Shown: piece by piece, positions 20,854 through 28,365 of the stretch
Layout: every line of letters starts with the position of its first letter
Numbering within the stretch: the first letter of the stretch is position 1
IMG/VR virus record: IMGVR_UViG_3300045988_183024
Span: 77,957 to 109,956 of that record
Source of the DNA: a virus
Length of the DNA stretch: 32,000 bases
Strand: one strand, 5' to 3'
Made by a program: the position numbers and the translations under genes
Notes under the pieces: generated by a model
The model's database searches: none
Seen by the model: the letters and a program-made list of their open reading frames with translations, nothing else
Told to the model about the DNA's origin: nothing

Positions 20854-21135
20854 ATGAAACAGTTTATTTTGGAAAACATCTACAAGAGCGATATGTCCGC
20901 CCCGTTCGTTTGTTCTACCAACCGGTTCCCCACATTTGAATCGGCCATAGAAGAAGCCCACAAGCAATTCAAAGAATAGGCGAAAACTTATCGTAAATCC
21001 TACGGGGCTGATAACATCACCACTGAGGAATGCTATCGCGACCTCTATATCAAAGGTCCCGATTTCATCGATTGGTGGACAGTTATTGAGGTCCAGACTG
21101 CCGAGGAGAAGAACTACATTAACGCTAACACTTAA
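20854..21135 (+). CDS. Small protein gene with one in-frame TAG (pseudogene or amber readthrough)
   Basis: RBS aaaggag then MKQFILENIYKSDMSAPFVCSTNRFPTFESAIEEAHKQFKE*AKTYRKSYGADNITTEECYRDLYIKGPDFIDWWTVIEVQTAEEKNYINANT; TAG at 20977, TAA at 21133. Confidence 0.55.
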
Positions 21136-21155
21136 CCAAATAAGGGAGGTTCATT

Positions 21156-21692
21156 ATGACCGATAACATTATTACGGCACGGCTGTTCATCGACATGGAC
21201 GGCACACTCGCCGTCTGGAAGCCGGCGGCCTGCTTTGAGGACCTGCTTCAGCCGGGCTATTTCAGAGATTTGCCGCCCTATCAAACGGTTTTGGATGCTG
21301 TGAAGATTCTTTGTACCACGAAGCCGGAACTTGATGTGTATGCGCTTTCCGCCTATATTCCGGAAAACCAATATGCGGTTTCTGAAAAGAATGCCTGGCT
21401 TGACGCCTATCTTCCAGAAATTGATTCCGAACACCGCATCTTCGTTGCGTGCGGCAGCAGCAAGGCCAGAGCCGCAGCAAGACGCTTGAAGACACCGTGC
21501 ATCGACAACTCTTTTGTGTTGCTTGACGACTACTCGGTGAATCTTCATGAGTGGAAAGCCAATCGCGGCAGCTGCATTAAGCTCCGCAACGGTATCAACG
21601 GCAACGGCGGAACCTGGAAAGGTGAATCTGTCACTCGATTCGATACCGCCGAAAACATCGCAAACCGTATTTGGAGTATCATCAAAAAATAA
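21156..21692 (+). CDS. 5'-nucleotidase / HAD-like phosphatase
   Basis: LFIDMDGTLAVW (HAD motif I), YALSAYI, and CIDNSFVLLDDYSVNLHEW (motif IV-like). Confidence 0.75.
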   Translation: MTDNIITARLFIDMDGTLAVWKPAACFEDLLQPGYFRDLPPYQTVLDAVKILCTTKPELDVYALSAYIPENQYAVSEKNAWLDAYLPEIDSEHRIFVACGSSKARAAARRLKTPCIDNSFVLLDDYSVNLHEWKANRGSCIKLRNGINGNGGTWKGESVTRFDTAENIANRIWSIIKK

Positions 21693-21718
21693 ATGCAATA
21701 AACTAAAGGAGAAATACT

Positions 21719-21934
21719 ATGTTTCCAAGTATCAAAATTGTCGAAGCCATCCGCAAAGAATACCCCGCTGGAACGCGGGTTCGGCTTGTCAAAATGGATG
21801 ACATCCAGGCACCACCTCTTGGTACAGAAGGTACGGTTGTTGGTGTCGATGATACCGGCAGCCTCCTGATGCACTGGGATAATGGTTCGCATTTGAACAT
21901 TGTTTATGGTTCGGATGAGGTTGAGAAAGTCTGA
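21719..21934 (+). CDS. DUF4314-like small protein
   Basis: YPAGTRVRLVKMDDIQAPPLGTEGTVVGVDDTGSLLMHWDNGSHLNIVYGSDEVEKV, recalled DUF4314 pattern. Confidence 0.75.
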   Translation: MFPSIKIVEAIRKEYPAGTRVRLVKMDDIQAPPLGTEGTVVGVDDTGSLLMHWDNGSHLNIVYGSDEVEKV

Positions 21935-21943
21935 CAAGCAGAC

Positions 21944-22072
21944 TTGCTCAAACATGCGATTCCACTAAAATTGAAATTGTACGATAGATAACAGCCCTAT
22001 GGCCGAAATGAGTACAATTTACAATTCTGCAAGACAATCAGCAGACTCACCATCTCGGTGGGCCTGCTTTTT
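21944..22072 (+). promoter_or_regulatory. Promoter-leader-terminator cassette
   Basis: TTGCTC-aaacaTGCGAttccac-TAAAAT; AAATTGTACGATAGATAAC...GTACAATTTAC (9-bp perfect stem); terminator AGCAGACTCACCATCTCGGTGGGCCTGCTTTTT. Confidence 0.85.
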
Positions 22073-22101
22073 GTTTTCAAACAATAAAAGGAGAAATAAT
22101 T

Positions 22102-22941
22102 ATGTATTGCATTCAGTATGACGAAATCTGCAAAAAGCACAATTTTGAGCTGAAACACGATACCCTTGGTGAACGCGTAACCCTCGAGTACCCAGCCGAT
22201 TCTGTCCCGAAAGATACCCTTCGTCTTTTTCAAAATCATCTTCCTGAGGAAGTATCGGCTATGGCTGAAAAGTACAGCAGCGACCGTTTTGCCATATTCA
22301 AGTACAATGTTGCAGCGGCAGCAGGGAACACCATCAGTCTTACTGAGACCCTGGAGAAAAACAAAAAGGTTTCCGCAGCTCTCTCTGATTTGGCGGACGA
22401 CCTGAAACAGGCAGAGCTGGAAGCCAAGACTTGGGTTTGTACCGACCCTGATACATGCCAGTGGCGACGTCAGGTTGGCGGAACCCGATACGAGCTATAC
22501 GACATTTTCAAAGCTCCAAATGGCACCTATTTTGTCGTACACGGTGAAGTAGACCCAACCGAGCTTGACCCGGATGACTACGACCAGCTGCTGGAGGCAT
22601 ATTCCGGTTTGCTGGACTCTGCCAACTGTGAAAGCGAACGCTGGGCATTGATTGCTGAAGCGCAGTTTGAGACCGAAGAACTCTCGATGGAGCGCGAACG
22701 CTTTTCAACTTTTGAAGGAGCCGAAAGGGCAATTCGGAAAAAGGTTGGGGCTGACGTTTCAGATGAGAATTCTGCGACCGAAACCCGCCTTGATGCGATT
22801 CGGAAACTCGATAAGTTTCATCTTGCCGTCTTTCTGAACGATGTTCACAGCGGTGCAAAAGACTTTCCTTCCAACAACATGAGCTGGTGTGACTGGCTCA
22901 ATAAGCCGGATGACGGACACTTACTGGATAGAAAATCCTAA
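22102..22941 (+). CDS. Hypothetical protein
   Basis: RBS aaaaggag; 279 aa ORF. Confidence 0.75.
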   Translation: MYCIQYDEICKKHNFELKHDTLGERVTLEYPADSVPKDTLRLFQNHLPEEVSAMAEKYSSDRFAIFKYNVAAAAGNTISLTETLEKNKKVSAALSDLADDLKQAELEAKTWVCTDPDTCQWRRQVGGTRYELYDIFKAPNGTYFVVHGEVDPTELDPDDYDQLLEAYSGLLDSANCESERWALIAEAQFETEELSMERERFSTFEGAERAIRKKVGADVSDENSATETRLDAIRKLDKFHLAVFLNDVHSGAKDFPSNNMSWCDWLNKPDDGHLLDRKS

Positions 22942-22967
22942 GTACATTTTAATAAACACTTTAGGCT

Positions 22968-22995
22968 GTTCACCTTCGGGTGGGCAGCTTTTTTG
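22968..22995 (+). terminator. Intrinsic terminator
   Basis: GCTGTTCACCTTCGGGTGGGCAGCTTTTTTG. Confidence 0.75.
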
Positions 22996-23023
22996 TTGCT
23001 AAAACGTGCGAATTACATACCAT
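22996..23023 (+). promoter_or_regulatory. TGCGA-spacer promoter without the structured leader
   Basis: TTGCTA-aaacgTGCGAattaca-TACCAT, 16-bp spacer. Confidence 0.75.
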
Positions 23024-23056
23024 GAATAGTGGAAATCAAAGAAAGGGATGGCACCT

Positions 23057-23232
23057 ATGTATTCCATCACGAAAATGTGCAACAGCAAAAAAAGATGTTG
23101 AAGCTGTGTATCTTTTTCTGAGCGACTTGTGCAGTGAATACAGCAATTTTCGGCAGTGGTATCACGATACCGTTGTTCCTGGCTTAGCAAATGGGGAAAG
23201 ACTGATTTACGCCGTCACTGACAGTCAACAAC
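23057..23232 (+). pseudogene. N-terminal fragment of a GNAT-like acetyltransferase, truncated at the iscB element
   Basis: MYSITKM... then, after an apparent frameshift, KKDVEAVYLFLSDLCSEYSNFRQWYHDTVVPGLANGERLIYAVTDSQQ. The protein-like sequence stops where the omegaRNA-like region begins. Family call is from recall. Confidence 0.45.
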
Positions 23233-23235
23233 CCC

Positions 23236-23575
23236 GCCTAAACCGGTTCGCCGGTTATAGACGGGGCTTGCGGGGCAACCCGTAAGCCCGGTTGATTAGC
23301 CTCGGTGAACGGCAACTTCGGTTGCCGCGAACTCCGTTATGCATTTGATGAGCAATCATCTTCATAATATAGGCACCCCGATATGCTCCACAAGTGTCGG
23401 GCTCTGCGGGCAGTGTATGTATCAATGGCGCAAGCCGTTGACATGTATTACGTTAAAAATCTCTAAGGGTAGGAGATGTGCGGCTGCCATGCCGAAAGGC
23501 TAAAACAGTGCATAACATTGGCGAAGTGGACCACAGGGCGCAAGCCCTGACTTATAGTTTCATTACTATTTAACG
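23236..23575 (+). ncRNA. HEARO / omegaRNA (IscB guide RNA scaffold)
   Basis: About 340 nt of non-coding sequence immediately upstream of iscB with strong tetraloop hairpins: AACCGG-TTCG-CCGGTT; GGGCTTGCGGG-GCAA-CCCGTAAGCCC; GGCAAC-TTCG-GTTGCC; CAGGGC-GCAA-GCCCTG. Confidence 0.85.
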
Positions 23576-23590
23576 AAAGGAGTATCTTGC

Positions 23591-24961
23591 ATGAGCACTT
23601 GCGTTTGTGTTCTCAGCAACAGTGGTGAACGCTTAATGCCTACCTTCCGTCTTGGCAAGGTACGCCGACTCTTGAAAGACGGAAAAGCAAAAATCGTTAA
23701 GCATCACCCATTTACTATCCAGTTACTGTATGACGGTAAAACAAACACACAACCCATCGAAATCTGCGAAGACGTGGGCTACAACTACATCGGCATCAGC
23801 GTGAAAAGCGAATCCCACGAATATGTGTCTGCCCAGTATGATACATTGCAAGATGAGAAGGAACATCACGATGATTGCCGCAAGTATCGCCGTACCCGCA
23901 GAAACAGACTGCGTTACCGTAAACCGCGCTTCGATAATCGCAAGCGCGGCGAAGGTTGGCTTGCTCCTTCTTTGAGGCATAAGAAAGAACTCAATGTCAA
24001 CGTTGTCAAGATGTATTGTGCAGTAATGCCCATTACTCATGCAACGGTTGAGGTTGGCTCTTTCGATACGATGCTTGTAAAAGCAATTCAGGAGGGAAAA
24101 GCCATTCCGGAAGGAGCGGACTACCAGAAAGGCCCGCGCTACAATCTGGCAACCTTGCGGGAAGCGGTATTTTACCGCGATAACTATGTCTGTAAGGTTT
24201 GTGGGCGCAAAGCTACCGAAGGTGCAATTTTGCACGTGCATCACATGTTTTATTGGAAAGGTCGCCATGGCAATAGTCTCAGCGAGCTTATAACAGTATG
24301 CGAGAAGTGCCATACGCCTGCCAATCACCAAAAAAGCGGTAAACTTTATGGCTTCGGAGAAAATGTAAAGTTTGCCGACCTTTCCGGTGCGGCTTTTGTG
24401 AACACCGTTAGGTGGCAAATTGTCAATGAACTCTATGCTGCTTTTGGAAAAGATTTTGTCACCGTCACTTATGGCGCTATGACAAAAGAAAAGCGCATTG
24501 CACTTCAACTTGAGAAAACCCACAGCAATGATGCGTATGCAATGGGGAATTGTCACCCGGCACACCGTTGCGAGTTTGGACATTACCAAAAACGATGCAG
24601 AAACAATCGTGTGCTGGAAAAATTCTATGATGCCACTTATATTGACGCTCGCACCGGTAACAAAGCAAAAGGTAAAGAACTTTTTAACGGCAGAATTAGC
24701 CGTAATCACAAAAAGGATTCTGAAGACCTGCACAAGTATCGCTGCAAAAAGGTGTCGAAGGGGCGTCGCTCTATAAGAAGACAGCGCTATGCAATTCAGC
24801 CATACGACACTGTGCGTCTCGAAAGTAAAACATACATTACAAGCGGGTGCCATAACAAAGGCACAAGACTTTTGATTCCTGCTAATGGGAAAAGTAAGTC
24901 CGTAGCAATTTCCAAAGTTCAAGTTGTTTGCCATGCGGGAGCATGGATACAAATCATTTAA
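23591..24961 (+). CDS. iscB: IscB-family RNA-guided endonuclease
   Basis: PLMP-type N terminus (ERLMPTFRLGKVRRLLKDGKAKIVKHHPFTIQL), RuvC-I EDVGYNYIGISV, Arg-rich bridge helix CRKYRRTRRNRLRYRKPRFDNR, RuvC-II VEVGSFD, HNH (CKVCG...LHVHHMFYWKGRHGNSLSELITVCEKCH), RuvC-III LEKTHSNDAYAMG. Confidence 0.95.
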   Translation: MSTCVCVLSNSGERLMPTFRLGKVRRLLKDGKAKIVKHHPFTIQLLYDGKTNTQPIEICEDVGYNYIGISVKSESHEYVSAQYDTLQDEKEHHDDCRKYRRTRRNRLRYRKPRFDNRKRGEGWLAPSLRHKKELNVNVVKMYCAVMPITHATVEVGSFDTMLVKAIQEGKAIPEGADYQKGPRYNLATLREAVFYRDNYVCKVCGRKATEGAILHVHHMFYWKGRHGNSLSELITVCEKCHTPANHQKSGKLYGFGENVKFADLSGAAFVNTVRWQIVNELYAAFGKDFVTVTYGAMTKEKRIALQLEKTHSNDAYAMGNCHPAHRCEFGHYQKRCRNNRVLEKFYDATYIDARTGNKAKGKELFNGRISRNHKKDSEDLHKYRCKKVSKGRRSIRRQRYAIQPYDTVRLESKTYITSGCHNKGTRLLIPANGKSKSVAISKVQVVCHAGAWIQII

Positions 24962-25019
24962 ATGCTGAAAGGAGGTAAGCAGGAAATGCTGTATCTTAGT
25001 CTTTTCTAAGAAGCGCATT

Positions 25020-25053
25020 CCTCCCCACCTAAGCCGCAAGCGACTATAGACGG
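25020..25053 (+). repeat. Right-end hairpin of the iscB element
   Basis: CCTCCCCACCTAAGCCGCAAGCGACTATAGACGG, related to the left end and to the solitary copy at 3122-3156. Confidence 0.6.
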
Positions 25054-25074
25054 TGTACCCTGCGCACAAATTTT

Positions 25075-25446
25075 ATGTACGGTGTGAATTTTACACAAGA
25101 GACGACGCTTTCCGGTGGATATCCCAAGCGGCTTTGCAAACGTGCAAAAGAAGCTGGATATTATATTCGTCTGTACTATGTCGGTCTTGATACCGCCGAA
25201 GAAAGCATCCGGCGAATCCGGAACCGTGTAGAGCGTGGGGGGCATGATATTCCCACTAAGGATGTTAACGCCCACTTTTCTCACCGTTTCGAGGATGTCC
25301 TCAAAATTTTGCCATACTGCGATGAAGCCAAGTTTTTTGATAACGACAATGGATTTGTACTTGTCGCGGAATATCGCAATGGGCAGCTTCTTCCTATTGG
25401 AACATATCGACCAACTTGGCTCAGTCAACTTCTTCAAACCCAATAA
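25075..25446 (+). pseudogene. 5'-truncated zeta-toxin-like P-loop ATPase fragment
   Basis: NFTQETTLSG...LYYVGLDTAEESIRRIRNRVERGGHDIPTKDVNAHFSHRFEDV...FFDNDNGF resembles the C-terminal half of zeta-toxin-like ATPases. The Walker A N terminus is absent. Confidence 0.65.
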
Positions 25447-25452
25447 CATTTT

Positions 25453-25486
25453 TGCCGTTCACTTTCGGATGAGCGGCATTTTTTGT
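25453..25486 (+). terminator. Intrinsic terminator
   Basis: TGCCGTTCACTTTCGGATGAGCGGCATTTTTTG. Confidence 0.75.
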
Positions 25487-25620
25487 TTGCTATACTGTGC
25501 GAATGACATAGAATAGTCATTGTACGATAGATACCATCTACTAAGGCGCGTCTTGCGTTCGTACAATTCACAATTCTGCTTTAAGGCGGACTTCCCAATT
25601 TTTGGGAGGCCCGCCTTTTT
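25487..25620 (+). promoter_or_regulatory. Promoter-leader-terminator cassette
   Basis: TTGCTA-tactgTGCGAatgaca-TAGAAT; ATTGTACGATAGATACCATCTA...TTCGTACAATTCAC; terminator TTAAGGCGGACTTCCCAATTTTTGGGAGGCCCGCCTTTTT. Confidence 0.92.
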
Positions 25621-25641
25621 GCGTCAAAAAAGGAAATTTGT

Positions 25642-25917
25642 ATGTTTATTCTCGCAAAATCTTTCACCAACAAAAAAGGGGAAATGTTTCTCAAAATCTT
25701 TCCGAGGCAGTACCCATCCATCGAAACAGCTCATGCCGCTATGCAGTCGGACTATCAGGAAGAGCTCAAAAAGCGTCACCTTGACCGAATCGACGAGGAA
25801 GCGATTCTCAGCTCGTATTATATCGACACCACTGAGGCGGCTATATATGAGTGTCAGGATTATGCGCCGAATTGGCTGACTGTCTCGGTTTTGTACGCCA
25901 TCAACGAGGTCGTATAA
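25642..25917 (+). CDS. Small protein, family E
   Basis: MFILAKSFTNKKGEMFLKIFPRQYPSIETAHAAMQSDYQEELKKRHL, paralog of 15500-15790. Confidence 0.75.
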   Translation: MFILAKSFTNKKGEMFLKIFPRQYPSIETAHAAMQSDYQEELKKRHLDRIDEEAILSSYYIDTTEAAIYECQDYAPNWLTVSVLYAINEVV

Positions 25918-25970
25918 TGCCACGCATTATATGACACGCCACTATCATATAACAAAAAGGAGGCCACAAA

Positions 25971-26558
25971 ATGTTTATCGTGATTAAGAGCGAACACTAT
26001 GATTGTACGAACCTAATCTGCAAGAAGGACACCCTGGAAGAGGCAGTTGCCACAGTAAAGGACAGCATGGCACAGCGCATCAACAAGAACTATCATACAG
26101 GTCTTACCGGTGCCGATATCACGCACGAGAATGAGGAGCGCTATAGATTCTCTTTCGATTTCGATGAAAACCGCCCTGCTGACAACAGCGAGCCCAGAGT
26201 ACATGGTTCCTATGACTTCTGGAAAGGAGACGACGAAGAAAGCGTCGAATGGGCTGTTTTTGAGGTCACGACTGACAAGCCCTTCTTTCTTCTTTCTTAC
26301 GAGGAGTACGAGAGCATCGAGCTCACAGGTTTCTACGACACCTTCGACGAGGCATTCGGGGGAATGAAAGAGTTGATTGCGGAAAGCGTCAACGATGTCT
26401 TCGACGAGGATGCCACGGCTGATGACGTAGAGAACATGGAAGACTACAATGTCTTCGTACACTCTAACAAGGACAGCCAAGACAACGGTGCGCCGCTCGC
26501 CTTCGCAAGCTTCTGCGACGATTATCCAAACCGCGAGTGGACTGTTTTCCATATCTAA
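25971..26558 (+). CDS. Acidic hypothetical protein with a family-E-like start
   Basis: MFIVIKSEHYDCTNLICKKDTLEEAVATVKDSM...; RBS aaaaggagg. Confidence 0.75.
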   Translation: MFIVIKSEHYDCTNLICKKDTLEEAVATVKDSMAQRINKNYHTGLTGADITHENEERYRFSFDFDENRPADNSEPRVHGSYDFWKGDDEESVEWAVFEVTTDKPFFLLSYEEYESIELTGFYDTFDEAFGGMKELIAESVNDVFDEDATADDVENMEDYNVFVHSNKDSQDNGAPLAFASFCDDYPNREWTVFHI

Positions 26559-26605
26559 AATATAACTCTTCGCCGCTCATCCAAGGATGGGCGGCATTTT
26601 TTTAT

Positions 26606-26739
26606 TTGCTATACTGTGCGAATGGCATAGAATAGTAACTGTACGATAGATATCATCTACTTCAGCGCGTCTTGCGTTCGTACAATTCACAATTCTGCTT
26701 TAAGGCGGACTTCCCAGTTTTTGGGAGGTCCGCCTTTTT
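26606..26739 (+). promoter_or_regulatory. Promoter-leader-terminator cassette
   Basis: TTGCTA-tactgTGCGAatggca-TAGAAT; GTACGATAGATATCATCTA...TTCGTACAATTCAC; terminator TTAAGGCGGACTTCCCAGTTTTTGGGAGGTCCGCCTTTTT. Confidence 0.92.
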
Positions 26740-26764
26740 GCGTTCACAGAAAGGAAGATTCAAA

Positions 26765-27328
26765 ATGACCGTTTACGATTACCGAGAAATCCCCCTCAAA
26801 GATGACTTGTGCCTCGAAATAAGCCGTGACACGGACATCGAAAACCCACGCGAAAATGACTGCAATGCAGCCACTTTCTATTGTCTCAAAAGTCCTCGTC
26901 GCAAGATAGGCGATATCATCGACAGTGCCTACTACCTGAACGAAACAAAGCGGGCACTTGCGAAAACAGGCGAGTATGCCATTCTGCCCATTTATATCCA
27001 TGAGCATAGCGACATCGCGCTCCGCACGGTTCCGTTTCCTGATATTTGGGATTCTGCCTGCATCGGCTTTGCAGCCGCAAATATCGGGGATTTCATGAAG
27101 CAGGGAGCCACTGACACTTCCGTATCCCGCTGTGAAGCAATGTCCCGTGCTAAGGACTGCATCCGCAGTGAGCTCGAAGCGTACAGCGACTATCTGGCAG
27201 GGAATTGCTGGCAATACTGCATCACGGATGAGGACGGCAATACCGTTGATTCCTGCAGCGGTTTTATCGGCGACGACCTTGAAAAGAACGGTATGCTGAA
27301 CTACATCTGCGACTACATCGAAGAATAA
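26765..27328 (+). CDS. Acidic hypothetical protein
   Basis: The start is corrected from 26672, inside the leader, to MTVYDYREIPLKDDLCLEIS... Confidence 0.7.
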   Translation: MTVYDYREIPLKDDLCLEISRDTDIENPRENDCNAATFYCLKSPRRKIGDIIDSAYYLNETKRALAKTGEYAILPIYIHEHSDIALRTVPFPDIWDSACIGFAAANIGDFMKQGATDTSVSRCEAMSRAKDCIRSELEAYSDYLAGNCWQYCITDEDGNTVDSCSGFIGDDLEKNGMLNYICDYIEE

Positions 27329-27343
27329 TAAGGAGAATGCATC

Positions 27344-28051
27344 ATGGAAATCACATTAAAAGGCAACAACGGCAAAAAGGTTATCATCCCCATCGAAGAC
27401 CTGATTCAGAAATACTGGACTGACGAAAACAGCAAGCCCAACCGCATCGAGATGTCTGCAACGGTTAAAGATGAGACCATCCTTGCCGCCATGACGATTT
27501 GCGATGAGAAGGAGGAGAACTACCTGAGTGTTGACCTTGAAAGTCGAAACGAAAAGTTTGACACCGAGGCACTCTGGTGTTCTCTTGAAGCCCCGAATAC
27601 GCTGAACCCGTTCGTAACCGGATACCTGTATTCCGGCAACAGCGAAACGGAAAGCGATGATTGGCTGCTTCGCATTGTGGACGGCTATCGGGCAGCTGAT
27701 GACGATTCTCCGCGAATCGTTTTCGCGAACAGAAGAACCGTCAGCGTTCAGGATTTCTGTGAAGAGTCCGAGGGTGAAAACAAGTATAAGCTGTTTGCCG
27801 CCACTGAGAAACAGTTTGACAAACCGTTCAGCTACGTCAATTTCGGAACGCGTTTGGAGGAGGCTACGCACGGTTGCGTAAAGCGTATTCAATCCATGAT
27901 TGTCTCGAAGGATGAGGCTACTGTAAACCGCATTGCGGATATGTTGGATTCGATGGGTTTCGATGCCGTTACCGGATATTTCGACCCCAAGGAAGACGAA
28001 CGCAGCGGCGAGGTGGATTCTCTGACTGGATACTACTATGTTGATATCTGA
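27344..28051 (+). CDS. Hypothetical protein, family A
   Basis: Shares YLYSGNSETESD and the N-terminal domain with 18638-19123. Confidence 0.75.
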   Translation: MEITLKGNNGKKVIIPIEDLIQKYWTDENSKPNRIEMSATVKDETILAAMTICDEKEENYLSVDLESRNEKFDTEALWCSLEAPNTLNPFVTGYLYSGNSETESDDWLLRIVDGYRAADDDSPRIVFANRRTVSVQDFCEESEGENKYKLFAATEKQFDKPFSYVNFGTRLEEATHGCVKRIQSMIVSKDEATVNRIADMLDSMGFDAVTGYFDPKEDERSGEVDSLTGYYYVDI

Positions 28052-28072
28052 ACCTGATTAGGAGGTTTGTAT

Positions 28073-28194
28073 GTACTGCAAAATTATCACAATGGTACGG
28101 TCGTGGACACCAGCACAGTATTCCCTTCAAGGTTATCGTTTCCGTATCGAGCGGGCGCAAGGTTCTTTGGGAAAACCCGCTGTTCGGGAAATAA
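28073..28194 (+). pseudogene. Decayed C-terminal remnant of a family B gene
   Basis: VLQNYHNGTVVDTSTVF, then a frameshift, then KVIVSVSSGRKVLWENPLFGK*, matching the 19181-20209 C terminus KTVSRIESGRKVLWENPIFEETKK*. Confidence 0.75.
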
Positions 28195-28205
28195 TCGAAA
28201 TGCCG

Positions 28206-28338
28206 TTGCGAACTTGTGCGAACGGCGTAGAATAATAACTGTACGATAGATACCATCTACTGAGGCGCTATCTGCGTTCGTACAATTTACAATTTCGCTT
28301 TAAGGCGGGCTTCCCGATTTTGGGAGGTCCGCCTTTTT
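28206..28338 (+). promoter_or_regulatory. Promoter-leader-terminator cassette
   Basis: TTGCGA-acttgTGCGAacggcg-TAGAAT; GTACGATAGATACCATCTA...TTCGTACAATTTAC; terminator TTAAGGCGGGCTTCCCGATTTTGGGAGGTCCGCCTTTTT. Confidence 0.92.
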
Positions 28339-28365
28339 GCGTTCAGAAAAGGAGTGTATTTGAAA

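Larger units (their letters stand above)
23230..25065 (+). mobile_element. Non-autonomous IscB (IS200/IS605-superfamily-like) element, approximate boundaries
   Basis: Related hairpins flank it: left CCTAAACCGGTTCGCCGGTTATAGACGGGG (23237-23266) and right CCTAAGCCGCAAGCGACTATAGACGG (25028-25053). iscB and a structured RNA lie between them. No TnpA in the window. Confidence 0.65.
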
